A stretch of DNA of 64,000 nt from an uncultured Acidobacteriota bacterium (GCA_963804995.1 CAWDSK010000005.1:64001-128000); one strand, 5' to 3'; counted from the stretch's first letter, positions 37,918 through 49,586 are shown. Notes: generated by a model from the letters alone, not told the origin. Program-made: numbers and translations.

Positions 37918-39330
37918 ATGTCGAAACCCACAACCTTTGGCGTCATCATCGGTAACCGAGGCTTTTTCCCGGCCGTACTGGCTCGTGATGGGCGCGAAGA
38001 AATCCTGCGCGTGTTGGAGAAGGAAGGGTACGCAAGCATTTGTCTGGGGCCCGAGGAAACTCAATTTGGTTCAGTTGAGACTCTTCACGACGCCCACAAA
38101 TGCGCGGAGCTATTCAGACAGCATCGCGACGAAATTGACGGTGTGCTGGTCAGCCTGCCGAACTTTGGCGACGAGCGGGGTGTGGCGAATTCCTTGCGCC
38201 TGGCGGGATTGGACGTGCCCGTGCTCATCCAGGCTTTCCCGGATGAGCCTCACAACATGCTGATGGGCGGCCGCCGTGACAGCTTCTGCGGCAAGATATC
38301 CGTCTGCAATAACCTCTGGCAATACGGGATCAAATACACTTTGACCTCGCGGCACACGGTGGCGCCCGCCTCCGCCGAATTCCAGTCTGACCTTAAATCG
38401 TTTGCGGCCACCTGCCGGATCGTGAAGGGGCTGAAGAACCTCCGCGTGGGCGTGTTGGGAGCGCGTCCGGCAGCCTTCAACACTGTGCGCTTCAGCGAAA
38501 AACTTATGGAACGCCACGGCATTTCGGTTGAGACGCTTGATCTATCCGAAGTCTTCGGCCGCATCGCCCGGCTCACCGACGATGACCCCAAGGTGCAAGC
38601 CAAAATCGCCGGCATCCACAATTATGTCAGCTCGCAAGGTGTGCCCGCGCCCTCACTCGTGAAGATGGCCAAGTTTGGTGTGATCGTGGATGACTGGATG
38701 TTGGATAACGATCTGGCGGGATCCTCCGTGCAATGCTGGACCGCTATGGAGGAATTTTTCGGCGTCGTCCCCTGCACGCTGATGAGCATGATGTCGAATA
38801 ACCTGCTGCCCAGCGCCTGCGAAACTGACATGATCGGGATGGTCGGCATGTATGTGCTGCAGCTTGCCGCGGGTGAGCCCAGCGCTATTGTGGATTGGAA
38901 CAACAATTACGGCGATGATCCTGACAAGGCCGTCATCTTCCATTGCTCGAACCTGCCCAAACACTTCTTTGAAGATTTCAAAATGGATTTCCAGGAAATC
39001 CTCTCGGGCACCGTGGGCAAAGAGAATTCCTTCGGAACCGTGGTCGGCAAGCTCAAGGCTGGGCCACTCACCTATTGCCGTGTTTCGACCGACGATTTAC
39101 GCGGCAAACTGCGCGCCTACTGCGGCGAAGGTGAGATCACATCCGAGAAGCTCCAAAGCTTCGGCGGGTATGGCGTGGTGAAAATCCCCGGATTGCAGGC
39201 GCTGCTCCAATACGTGTGCAAGCAGGGCTATGAGCACCACGTGGCCGTCAATCGCAGCCACTGCGGCCGCGCCGTCGTCGACGCGCTGGGGAATTACCAG
39301 GGCTGGGAGGTTTATCACCACGGTGCGTAG
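37918..39330 (+). CDS. L-fucose/L-arabinose isomerase family protein
   Basis: GNRGFFP, NFGDE, RRDSFCGKISV, SACETD, FHCSN, EHH. Confidence 0.87.
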   Translation: MSKPTTFGVIIGNRGFFPAVLARDGREEILRVLEKEGYASICLGPEETQFGSVETLHDAHKCAELFRQHRDEIDGVLVSLPNFGDERGVANSLRLAGLDVPVLIQAFPDEPHNMLMGGRRDSFCGKISVCNNLWQYGIKYTLTSRHTVAPASAEFQSDLKSFAATCRIVKGLKNLRVGVLGARPAAFNTVRFSEKLMERHGISVETLDLSEVFGRIARLTDDDPKVQAKIAGIHNYVSSQGVPAPSLVKMAKFGVIVDDWMLDNDLAGSSVQCWTAMEEFFGVVPCTLMSMMSNNLLPSACETDMIGMVGMYVLQLAAGEPSAIVDWNNNYGDDPDKAVIFHCSNLPKHFFEDFKMDFQEILSGTVGKENSFGTVVGKLKAGPLTYCRVSTDDLRGKLRAYCGEGEITSEKLQSFGGYGVVKIPGLQALLQYVCKQGYEHHVAVNRSHCGRAVVDALGNYQGWEVYHHGA

Positions 39331-39627
39331 GGGGCAGGTTGCAGGATGGGCCGGAGCTTACCTCACACTGGTTATAACCTCCTTATTATCATCATCCTAG
39401 CCCCGTCCGCCCATGGCCGCGGGGGTCACGGCAGAAGGGAGAAATCAGGCGGGAGTCGAGGTTTGCAGTCACGTATTTAAGATCGGATTTATCCGTACCA
39501 GACGGCCTCGGATTCAGCATAATCCGTCCGGAGAGAGCGCCAGGACAAGCCAGCGAAGTCGATTTGCTTTCGGTCATCTCAAGTGCTACCCTATTACCTT
39601 CGCTTCGCAATCTTAGGAGGCTCTATT

Positions 39628-39813
39628 ATGTTGCGTTCGTATCCGCTTTCTCGCTGCCCCGCTTGCAAGAAGGCATTCCGGATGGAGATCAAGAGTCCCA
39701 CCGCCCCTCAACCCAACCCGGGTCTGGCCGTCTGTCCCCACTGCGGCCTGCAGTTTCAGCGCTTCGACCCGAAGTACCTAAAGGGAGTAGCTGCCCAAAC
39801 TGCTGCTCGGTAA
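39628..39813 (+). CDS. Small zinc-ribbon protein (61 aa)
   Basis: AGGAGG RBS; CPAC...CPHC. Confidence 0.65.
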   Translation: MLRSYPLSRCPACKKAFRMEIKSPTAPQPNPGLAVCPHCGLQFQRFDPKYLKGVAAQTAAR

Positions 39814-39916
39814 TTTTCGCCCCTCTGCTTAGCCATTGTTTCCGATACCCCGGCTCAGGCCCGAGGCAGGTGGCGACGTGTCCACCCGACGAACAAACTG
39901 CGTTACAATTCAATTC

Positions 39917-40387
39917 ATGATCCGCTCTGACTCCGGGCGCGTACGTTGGCGCCTCATTCTGATTCAACTCGTGGTTGTTGCGGGACTGGTGGCCTTCTTC
40001 AAGTTTTATCTTCCACGTTTCGACCGTGAGAAAGCGGCTCACGCAGCCGCGGAGCGCGAGCGGAGGATTGAAGCCTTCTTTCCGAAAGAAATCGTGGAAG
40101 ACCCCTCACACGAAGTTGCCGTTTCCTTGGAGGGTTCCATCGTGAAGCGGCACCCACAGAGGCTCCGCGCAACACTCAGCGTGGAAGACGTGGAAGCCGA
40201 GCTTGGCGTGCCTGACCTCTCTACGACTGACTTCCGCGGGGGCCAGCATCTAACCTGGATCGGCGCCACCCACAAGATCCAAGGATCCTTCAATGCCGGA
40301 CGCCTTTATTGCCTCACCCACGAAGATCGCTCGACCGGTCACGGCGTGATGGTCTTTGACTCCATCTGGTCGTGGCACCCCTACTGA
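39917..40387 (+). CDS. Hypothetical membrane-anchored protein
   Basis: N-terminal TM helix; VEAELGVPD motif reminiscent of BamE/SmpA-like folds. Confidence 0.6.
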   Translation: MIRSDSGRVRWRLILIQLVVVAGLVAFFKFYLPRFDREKAAHAAAERERRIEAFFPKEIVEDPSHEVAVSLEGSIVKRHPQRLRATLSVEDVEAELGVPDLSTTDFRGGQHLTWIGATHKIQGSFNAGRLYCLTHEDRSTGHGVMVFDSIWSWHPY

Positions 40388-40652
40388 CAGAGAAGGCAGT
40401 AGGCAGTAAGCAGTAGGCAGTAAGTGAGGTTTGTCTGCCAGGTGTCGCGACGGACGGAGCCTGATGGACCTTGGGCAACCACTTCACGATGAGTTGGATG
40501 CGAGGGCAATTGGCCGCGAAGCCATATCGATAAAGAATTCAATCATGGCGGTTGAGAATCCCGCGCCGGAAGACCGCAGAACTATTGATGGGGGAATGTC
40601 GCTCGCTGCCTACTGCCTTCTGCTTACTGCCTACTGTCTTCCCTTTGCGGGG

Positions 40653-42578
40653 CTAATCCTCGGAGGTGAGCTGGTAGATTTTCGCCTCGACGAAGAGGGC
40701 GAACAATACCGGGTCAAGCAACTGCGATTTCACTTCGTCACCGATGATGTTGAGGGCGCGTTCCACCGGCACAGCTCGCTTATAGGGCCGGTCGCGGGCG
40801 GTGAGGGCGTCGAAAATATCGGAGATAGTCATCATCTTCGATTGGAAGGGAATTTCCTCCGCTTTCATGCGGTAGGGGTAGCCGGAGCCGTCCAGCTTTT
40901 CGTGATGTGCCTTGGCGATTTCGGGGACGCGCTTCAGTTCCTTGGTCCAGGGAATCTGGCTCAAGAAGCGGAAGCTGTGAATGACGTGCGATTCGATCTG
41001 CATGCGCTCGTCGGGGTCCAGGCTTCCCTTGGAGATGGACAGCAACTGCAACTCATCTTGCGTAAGCAGCGGTTCGGTGGGGCCGGCAGGGTTGTCAAAG
41101 CTCCAGCCGGCAATCTCCACGAGCTTCTCGGAGGTCTTTTCCGGCAGCACGGTGGGTTCGTTGGCCTGCAGGACATTTGCCATGAACTCATCGAGGTTTT
41201 GCAGTTCGCGGTTCTGCTCGCCTTCGATCCCAGCGAAGGACTCCTCATAGCCTTGATTGCCGTGGCGCAGCACGTGGTCAAGCTTCTTGCGACAGGCCTC
41301 CAGTTCAAGCGCTTTCCGAATGTACAGGAAGCGTTTCTTGATCAGCTCGAGCTGTGGGGGGTAGAGTTTCTTGGCTTTGACCAGAACCTCTTCGCGCACT
41401 CCGACCTTGCCGAAGTCATGCAGGATGGAAGCGTAGCGAATTTCCCGAATGTCTTCGTGCGTGAAGCGGATGTCCTTGTAAGGTCCGGAGTCCAGCCGGT
41501 CGACGGTTTCTGCGAGGGCCACCGTAAGCTTGGCGACGCGCTCCGAGTGACCGAAGGTGGTGGGGTCGCGCGACTCGATGGCCGTAACTGAAGCCCTCAC
41601 AAACCCTTCGAACAGCTTCTCGATGTCCCGGTACAGCAGGTTGTTTTCGAGCGCCACCGCGGCCTGGCTGGCAAGTGAAGAGGCCAGGTCCTGGCTGCTT
41701 TGCGAAAACGCGACGACTTCACCTTCCACGACCTTGCGGGATGTGAGCTTTGCGGCAGCGTGTTTCTTGGAGTTGATGAGCTGCAACACGCCGATCACCT
41801 CGTCCTTCTGGTTCTTCATAGGGAGAACCAACATGGACTTGGTGCGGTAGCCGAACTTCTGATCAAAGTCGCGGTTCAGCCGGAAGGGAAGATTGCGAAT
41901 TCGATAGGCGTCCTTGATGTTGAGAATCTGGCCCGTGGCCGCAGCGTAACCGGAAATACTGCGCGTGTCGATGGGCAGCGTGAATTGGCGAAAGGGCACC
42001 GAATGGCTGTCGCTCTGCGTAAGCTTGAAGACCAGATGCTTGGGGCCACCCTGGTCTTCTTCCACCAGATAGAGCGAACCCGCGTCGGCGGACGTGATTT
42101 CGCGACTCTTGCTCAGAATGAGTTCCAGCAGCCCATCGGTGTTGCGTTCCGTGGAAAGTGCTACACCAATCTTATTGAGCGTCTCGAGGTCGGAAACGGC
42201 ACGCTTCAATTCCAGGCGGGTGCGGCGGCGCTCCTCCTGGGCGTGCAGGTTATCAAAGGCGCGCTCAACCGTCTTCTCCAGAACCAGGCCCGGCACTTCA
42301 CGCGGGAGGACCGCGAAAATCCGCTGGTGAAGCTTGGCTGGGCGGTTCCCATCACCATCCAACAAGCAGATGGCGCACCAGGCTTCCGACTTGGGCGCTG
42401 ACTTTGCCAGGCGGGCTAAGTTGTCTTCAGTGCCATCGGCCAGCAGAACGGCGGGCAACTCCAGGGCGGGAAGTTTCTCCTCGTTACGCTCAAGGGGGAT
42501 GAGACGGTAGTCCTCACCCAGCTTTCCCAACTCTATGCGGTCACCGAGGGGCCGGAAGTAATATAGGTTAGAAGGCAT
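40653..42578 (-). CDS. GAF + HD-GYP cyclic dinucleotide phosphodiesterase
   Basis: ADAGSLYL, GYRTKSML, TFGHSERV, LHDFGK, HHEKLDGSGYP. Confidence 0.92.
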   Translation of the reverse strand: MPSNLYYFRPLGDRIELGKLGEDYRLIPLERNEEKLPALELPAVLLADGTEDNLARLAKSAPKSEAWCAICLLDGDGNRPAKLHQRIFAVLPREVPGLVLEKTVERAFDNLHAQEERRRTRLELKRAVSDLETLNKIGVALSTERNTDGLLELILSKSREITSADAGSLYLVEEDQGGPKHLVFKLTQSDSHSVPFRQFTLPIDTRSISGYAAATGQILNIKDAYRIRNLPFRLNRDFDQKFGYRTKSMLVLPMKNQKDEVIGVLQLINSKKHAAAKLTSRKVVEGEVVAFSQSSQDLASSLASQAAVALENNLLYRDIEKLFEGFVRASVTAIESRDPTTFGHSERVAKLTVALAETVDRLDSGPYKDIRFTHEDIREIRYASILHDFGKVGVREEVLVKAKKLYPPQLELIKKRFLYIRKALELEACRKKLDHVLRHGNQGYEESFAGIEGEQNRELQNLDEFMANVLQANEPTVLPEKTSEKLVEIAGWSFDNPAGPTEPLLTQDELQLLSISKGSLDPDERMQIESHVIHSFRFLSQIPWTKELKRVPEIAKAHHEKLDGSGYPYRMKAEEIPFQSKMMTISDIFDALTARDRPYKRAVPVERALNIIGDEVKSQLLDPVLFALFVEAKIYQLTSED

Positions 42579-42921
42579 CGCCTTTCGAACTTGAGGGGCA
42601 ACAGGAATTATACCCCTATTCCCCCATTCGCAACCTTAGGCGCCGTGCAAGAAAATTTAGGAATAGTGGAGTCGCCCCTGGTACTGAAACCAATTCTAAC
42701 ATCGCAAGCCACAAAGTCGATGAATTTTGCAGGGAGTCCTGGCGCTCATGCTTGACGCGCATCAGTATTTCCCCACTGCACCCGGGATTCGGTACCAAAG
42801 TGCCATGGCGAACCGTGCTCAAGGGCATTTATCATCGTACCTACACTACGAAGCGAACCATTTGGGCTTCCAGGGAATCTAACAGAATGGGAACACTCTA
42901 CTACAACGGGAGGTCGAATCT

Positions 42922-43218
42922 GTGGCTGCTTCAGATTTGAACAGCATGTTCATGGAGTTTATCAACTTGGCGATTCTGGCCGGCGGGATTCTCTACGCTG
43001 GGCTCGTGCTGATGAGCTACCGGACCGAAGGGCCTCATTATCGTGTCCGCTTTGATTCGAAAGACCCGGCTCGGTCAGCCCAGCGGTTACTGGTTTGGCT
43101 GGGTGTGAAGGCCTTGGCATTTGTTATGCGGGTTGGCATCCCGATTCTTGGGATGCTCTCCGAGGCCTCGGCAGTAGTGGGTGAGTGGTTCCTGCGCCGG
43201 GCTAGTCCTGAAACCTAA
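42922..43218 (+). CDS. Small hypothetical membrane protein
   Basis: GGGAGG RBS, GTG start, hydrophobic segments. Confidence 0.5.
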   Translation: MAASDLNSMFMEFINLAILAGGILYAGLVLMSYRTEGPHYRVRFDSKDPARSAQRLLVWLGVKALAFVMRVGIPILGMLSEASAVVGEWFLRRASPET

Positions 43219-43427
43219 GCAGCAACCCATTCGCGCTTTCTGGTGTGATTCCTACCGCACGCGTTGCGGCAGACGCTCCCTGTTTGCCGTCTAGTGAGTA
43301 GCGCGGACCCCCGTCGTTGGGGTCCGCGGTTCTTCAGTTGGGAATACTACCAATTTCAAAAACGGGGATCAGGCCGTTACCGTCCGCAGGCTGAAATCCA
43401 AAATCGAAAATCCAAAATCCAAAATTA

Positions 43428-44344
<917 letters not shown>

Positions 44345-44507
44345 ATTAAGCTTTCAGCGTTTAGCTATCAGCTTTCAGCCCGGTTCGAAACTCGAAACTC
44401 GAAATTCGAAACTCGCAAAATCTGCCTGCCTCGACGGTGGCCTTTCATTCGCTCCTAACCTTTTTACCCTTCACCCTTCACCCTTCACTACTTCTGCCTA
44501 CTGCCTT

Positions 44508-45845
44508 TCACCCTACCGGCCGCGTAGCCGCCATGGGGGCAAACCACGCTTCAAATTCGGTCAGTGCTCTCTGGCACTGTCTCTCCCGCCTCGCGCGGCG
44601 GTCTCGTGCCACGACTCGGGGCAGATTCTCCATCGGGGGCAGCAGGTCGAAGGAGATGTTGGCGGGCTGATAATTGCCAGAGGTGGCGTGGGTGATGTAA
44701 TGCACCAGTGACCCAAGCGCCGTGGTGCGCGGGGGCGGCGGCAGGGTCTCTCCCGCCAGGCGCGCGGCCATCCCCAGACCTGCAACAAGACCTGTAGCGA
44801 TGCATTCCACGTAACCCTCTACACCTGAGAGTTGGCCCGCCACAAAAACCTGGGGGGCGCTGCGAAAACTCAAGTCGGCGTCGAGCAAGCGTGGCGCGTT
44901 GATATAGGTGTTGCGATGGATTTGCCCCAAGCGCAGGAACTCCGCGTTTTCAAGACCCGGAATCAGCCGCAGGATGCGTTTCTGGTCGGGGAATTTCAGG
45001 TGGTTCTGGAAACCCACCAGGTTGTAACTCGAGAAGCGCAGATTCTCCGCCCGCAGTTGCACGATGGCAAACGCCTGACGGCCCGTGCGCGGATCGACGA
45101 GGCCCACCGGCTTCATGGGGCCAAAGCGTAGCGTGTCGTAACCGCGCCGCGCCAACTCTTCAATTGGAAGGCAGGCCTCGAAGAATTTGGCGTCTTCGAA
45201 TTCGTGAGTCTCGACGATTTCCGCACCCGTCAGCGCCTCGTAGAAAGCGCGGTATTCGTCCTCGCTCAGGGGACAGTTCAGGTAGTCTTCGCCCCCCTTG
45301 CCGTATCGCGAGGCGCGGAAGATGCGCTCGAGGTTGAGCGTCTCAGCGTCGACGATAGGGCTGATGGCATCATAAAAAGCCAGGTTCTCAGACCCGGTCA
45401 ACGATTGGAGCTGCGCGGCGAGAGCGTCAGAGGTGAGAGGTCCGGTAGCAATGAGCGCCAGACCATCGCTGGGGATATTTTGAAGCTCTGCGCGTTCGAG
45501 GGTGATCAGCGCGTGGCTTTCGATGGCTGCGGTCACGCCCTCGGCAAAACGTTCGCGGTCGACAGCCAGCGCGGCTCCTCCCGGTACGGCGCATCCATCC
45601 GCCACACGCAGCAGCAGCGATCCCGCGCGGCGCAACTCCTCTTTGAGCAGCCAGGAAGCGGAGCCGGCGGCGTTTGACTTGAGCGAGTTGCTGCAAACCA
45701 GCTCGGCCAGGCGGTCCGTCTTGTGCGCGGGAGTCGGGCGGGCGGGACGCATCTCATAAAGCGTCACGGCCACCCCGCGTTCGGCAAGTTGCCACGCCGC
45801 TTCGCTCCCTGCGAGGCCTCCTCCGGCGATCACCACGGGTATCAT
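44508..45845 (-). CDS. trmFO: tRNA (uracil-5)-methyltransferase TrmFO
   Basis: GGGLAGSEAAWQ, ELVCSNS, FYDAISP, FGPMKPVGL, HRNTYIN. Confidence 0.97.
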   Translation of the reverse strand: MIPVVIAGGGLAGSEAAWQLAERGVAVTLYEMRPARPTPAHKTDRLAELVCSNSLKSNAAGSASWLLKEELRRAGSLLLRVADGCAVPGGAALAVDRERFAEGVTAAIESHALITLERAELQNIPSDGLALIATGPLTSDALAAQLQSLTGSENLAFYDAISPIVDAETLNLERIFRASRYGKGGEDYLNCPLSEDEYRAFYEALTGAEIVETHEFEDAKFFEACLPIEELARRGYDTLRFGPMKPVGLVDPRTGRQAFAIVQLRAENLRFSSYNLVGFQNHLKFPDQKRILRLIPGLENAEFLRLGQIHRNTYINAPRLLDADLSFRSAPQVFVAGQLSGVEGYVECIATGLVAGLGMAARLAGETLPPPPRTTALGSLVHYITHATSGNYQPANISFDLLPPMENLPRVVARDRRARRERQCQRALTEFEAWFAPMAATRPVG

Positions 45846-46180
45846 TCGGTCCCCATCCCGATCACGATCTCATCTGCAAGCGATTATAACAGCCGGGCGG
45901 GAGAGTCGCACATCCTCACCGCACAGGCGCCCATGCTCTTTCGGAGCACCACTGACGATGAAAATGCGCGCAGCGCTTTGGACTGCGGTCGCAGCAGCTA
46001 CCGCTTTCTGACTTCGTTCTTACGGCAAATCTAAATGGGGTGCAGGGAGTATGTCAGCACCACCCCGGCGCTCGGCCCCGATGATCAATTTGGAAAAAAC
46101 GCGCTATCGGGGCTCGGCCCCGATGATCAATTTGGAAATAACATGCTATCGGGGCTCGGAGCGCCACCCCTCCTCATCTG

Positions 46181-46277
46181 AGGCTGTCTCAAAACTGGCA
46201 AATTCACGGTTTTTACGACGAATAATCAATAACTTACGCTGTGCAAAAGTCAGAAATACCTAGTTTTGAGACAGCCT
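46181..46277. mobile_element. 97-bp MITE-like element inserted into a palindromic repeat
   Basis: Perfect 16-bp TIR AGGCTGTCTCAAAACT / AGTTTTGAGACAGCCT; CATCTG duplicated on both sides; empty sites at ~36590 and ~59419. Confidence 0.85.
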
Positions 46278-46760
46278 CATCTGAGGAGGGGAGCATTTTC
46301 ATAACAGGCGCGGAGGCGCAGAGATTTGAAACTAGAATGCTTTTCCCCTGCGTCTCAGCGCCTCTGCGGTAAAGAAAGCACGAACTCCGCTCCCACACTC
46401 CAGGGCGCCGAGGGCGAAGACGCCGCTGCTCCTCCCCATCGCCATCGCGGGGCCGGTAGAGCGGGACGAAAGGTTTACTGCAAATTTCCCCGGCCCTTTT
46501 CGATCCACTTGGACAATCCCGCCATTGGATCCGAGCTGAAGTCCCGTCATCTCTCGCCTTCTTATCTGCCTTTGCCCCGAATTACCGCACAACCCCTCCA
46601 ATTTCTGCTAAAAATCCGCTCGAATGTGTCCATTACCGTGAAATTTCTGCATTTTCTTGCAAAAACACCGTTAGATTGCCAGACATTTTGTCATCCTTGC
46701 CTTTGTTTTCATACACATCCCCGGAGGTTCCTTCATTTTTAACATCTTTATGGGTCGGCT

Positions 46761-48705
46761 GGTTGTGTCAAGAATTTTTGTCCCCTAAGGCGATAACCCA
46801 TTGAATTGCTGGGAGAAACTGGATTTTCTGCTTTCTCCCCCCTCCGGGTGCGCTTGACTAGGACGTTGGCGTGAGGTGCGGTCGGGTTGCCGCGCTTAAG
46901 TTCCTGGACGTAACTGCGTCGTGGGGCTTGACGGCAAACAAAAAGGGCGGTGAAGTCTCTCTTTCCCAATCCACCTTGTAGGGAACCCGCCAGGTTCCCG
47001 AGAGACTCACCGCCATGGGCAAGATACCACGATTGGTGCTTTGGCTCTGTAGGAAATTTACCCGCCAGGATTTGCAGGAACTGGTCGAGCAACTGCAAGA
47101 GATTCTCGCCGGGCGCCAGCCCGAGCCTCAACCCCGCGACGACTTTCGCCAGCAGCATCCACACTATCGCGACTTCTACGTTGACCCTCTGGCTCCCTTG
47201 ACCCAGCCGCCTCCGGCACCTCGCACCTGGAACTGGCGGCAGTTGCTGGCTCAGTACCAGCGCCAGCACCGCCGACCGTTGGCTCCGATTCAGCGTTCTG
47301 GCGCCCACCCCCTGCCTCCCACTTGTCGTTGTGCCCACTGCGGCGCACCGCGCGACTTCCTCTACCTCAACGATGGCCGTCACGCCCGCCAACTGCGCTG
47401 CAAAGTCTGTGGCCGGCTGTCGCAAATCGCTCGTCGTCATCGCCCGACGAAAACTCCTTACTGGTGCCCCTACTGCGGCAGCTCCCTCTTCCGCTGGAAG
47501 CAGCGTGCCGATTGCACCATCTACAAATGTCCTGGCGAGCGTTGTCCTCACTATCTCCAGAAGCAGCAAGCCCTGCACTGGAACGAGAAGTTGCTCCAGA
47601 AGCTGCGCCGCACGCAGTTCAAGCTGCGTTACCAGTATCGCGAATACCACTTTCAACCCGCCCAACTGGCCCCCACCGCTCCCGATCCGCCCACCGTCGA
47701 CCTCACCCGTCTGCATCGTTCTTCCGATGTCTTGGGCCTGGTGTTGGCCTTCCACATCTCTTTCGCCCTCTCCGCCCGCAAGACCGCCCAGGTCCTGCGG
47801 CAAGTCTTCGGCGTGCCTCTCAGCTACCAGTCCGTTCTCAACTATGCCCAGGCCGCCGCTTACTACTGCCACGCCTTCAACCTCCGCTACAAAGCCCCGC
47901 TCAGCGCCACCGCCACCGGCGACGAGACTTATATTCGCGTCGCGGGGAAGCACCCATACACGTTCTTCTTTCTCGATCCCCAAGGGCATCGCATCACGTC
48001 CTATCACGTGGCGCCGGAGCGCGATGCCTTGGCCGCCACCGTGGCCCTGGGCGAGGCCGCGCGCACCTTGCCCGAAGATCAGGCCCTGCGTTTCATCACC
48101 GACGGCAACCCCGCTTATCAGGCCGGCGTACACTTCCTCAACGCTCACCGCACCGCTTCCCAACCTCCCCATACCTTGCGGCAGGTCATCGGCCTGGAAA
48201 ACCTCGACGCGGTCTCCAAGGAATTCCGCCCCTTCAAGCAACTCATCGAACGTCTCAATCGCACCTACAAATACCACGTCCGCCCGGCTTGCGGCTTTGC
48301 CACGCGCAACGGCGCCGTGGCCCTCACCACCCTGTTCGTCACCCACTACAACTTCCTTCGCCCCCATCTGGCCCTGGGCTACCGCGTACCCATCCCCTTG
48401 CCGGAGTTGAGTTCCCTCACCACCTTGCAAGGCCAGTGGAACAAGATCCTCGCTCTCGCCCTGGCGGCCTGAGCCCGGTGGGAGTAAACTTCGCGGTGGC
48501 CGGGGCGGAGGATAGGGCTCCGCAGGGATGCGACCTGAGCGCCGACCCCGGGGCCGAGATCGGTCGGGAGCGAGCCCCACTCGCTCCCCCAGTCCAGACC
48601 CATCTTGGCACCAAAGCGATAAATCCTGGGGGTCTGGGGGCAAATCCCCCAGCTCTACCCACCTCCCGACCCTTCATTACCTTTCATAAAACTTTTGACA
48701 GAACC
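46761..48705 (+). mobile_element. IS6-like insertion sequence (1945 bp)
   Basis: TIR GGTTGTGTCAAGAATTTT / AAAACTTTTGACAGAACC; 8-bp direct repeat GGTCGGCT at 46753-60 and 48706-13. Confidence 0.87.
47015..48472 (+). CDS. DDE transposase (IS6/IS240-like core) with N-terminal Zn ribbons
   Basis: CAHC, CKVC, CPYC, CPGERC; GDETYI, ITDG, IERLNRTYK, YNFLRPH. Confidence 0.87.
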   Translation: MGKIPRLVLWLCRKFTRQDLQELVEQLQEILAGRQPEPQPRDDFRQQHPHYRDFYVDPLAPLTQPPPAPRTWNWRQLLAQYQRQHRRPLAPIQRSGAHPLPPTCRCAHCGAPRDFLYLNDGRHARQLRCKVCGRLSQIARRHRPTKTPYWCPYCGSSLFRWKQRADCTIYKCPGERCPHYLQKQQALHWNEKLLQKLRRTQFKLRYQYREYHFQPAQLAPTAPDPPTVDLTRLHRSSDVLGLVLAFHISFALSARKTAQVLRQVFGVPLSYQSVLNYAQAAAYYCHAFNLRYKAPLSATATGDETYIRVAGKHPYTFFFLDPQGHRITSYHVAPERDALAATVALGEAARTLPEDQALRFITDGNPAYQAGVHFLNAHRTASQPPHTLRQVIGLENLDAVSKEFRPFKQLIERLNRTYKYHVRPACGFATRNGAVALTTLFVTHYNFLRPHLALGYRVPIPLPELSSLTTLQGQWNKILALALAA

Positions 48706-48706
48706 G

Positions 48707-48890
48707 GTCGGCTGGCGCAGGGCGAGCCCAGCCCTGCGATTCACGTGCCCCCCGTGCCTGCCGATGTTGCTATTGATGCCCAAAGAGCCTCCTCCTCTCT
48801 TATCTGAACGCTTCGTCTGTCCTGACCAGGCGCCGGCTTGCCTGACCCGCACCAAGTCGCAGAGCTGGGCTCGGTCTGCGCCAGCCAGAC
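48707..48890. repeat. Inverted REP-like pair (GGCTGGCGCAG...CTGCG)
   Basis: gtcggctggcgcagggcgagcccagccctgcga versus tcgcagagctgggctcggtctgcgccagccagac; related copies at ~37639 and ~62687. Confidence 0.7.
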
Positions 48891-49088
48891 CTAGTACATA
48901 TATTAACATTTATTATAAGTTTAATTGAAAGGGAAAGATGTAAGTTTTGGCTACCGGTAGCCAAAATCGTAATGGAGTGGCGACAAATTGCCTGAAGTCT
49001 TTCCGGCACGCAGGGTTGTCGCACATGGCCCGCTCGTAGGTCCGCCAATCTTGATGGCGGACGGCCCTTCCACCGCGGCGACCCGCGG

Positions 49089-49117
49089 TTGACGTGCGTT
49101 ACGTAACGCGTTACACT
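49089..49117 (+). promoter_or_regulatory. sigma70 promoter with palindromic operator
   Basis: TTGACG-N17-TACACT enclosing the perfect palindrome GCGTTACGTAACGC. Confidence 0.75.
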
Positions 49118-49123
49118 ACAGGT

Positions 49124-49417
49124 ATGATCCGGATAAAGAATCCACCCCACCCCGGCGGCTTTGTGCTGCGCCAGTGTATTGAGCCTTTGGGCTTGACGAT
49201 TACGGACGCCGCCGCCGCGCTCGGAGTCACGCGCACTACCCTGTCAGAGCTGGTGAACGAGAAGCGGGGGATTTCTCCCGAAATGGCCGTAAGGCTGTCG
49301 AAGGTTTTCGGAGGCAGCGCCGAAACCTGGCTCACGCAGCAGGCGCACTACGACCTTGCCCAGGTTCACGCCGACCGCATCAAGCTCAAGCGCCTCGAAT
49401 TGCGTTTGTCATCGTAG
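49124..49417 (+). CDS. higA: HigA-family antitoxin (orphan)
   Basis: [48 protein letters not shown]. Confidence 0.92.
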   Translation: MIRIKNPPHPGGFVLRQCIEPLGLTITDAAAALGVTRTTLSELVNEKRGISPEMAVRLSKVFGGSAETWLTQQAHYDLAQVHADRIKLKRLELRLSS

Positions 49418-49586
49418 GAAGAGCCCACGGTCACGGGACGTTGCCGAGGCGACACCGTGTTAAACGCTTGAGCACGATAGATGAGAGTAGCCTCGGACCT
49501 TGAAAAACAGGTCTGTGCGAGCCAACCGCTCTTCTCGGAAGTCGGACAGTCTGTGCGTCGATCACACGTCATGGATCGACGGCGAT

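Noticed and set aside
40424..40605. Gene between the inverted GGCAGTA repeats
   Set aside because: No credible start or recognisable protein; at most a decayed remnant.
43216..43247. Premature TAA truncating the small membrane protein
   Set aside because: Readthrough would add only about 10 residues and cannot be judged without homologues.
46748..48807. Long overlapping ORFs (631, 494 and 359 aa) across the IS
   Set aside because: Shadow frames of a GC-rich transposase with no recognisable motifs.
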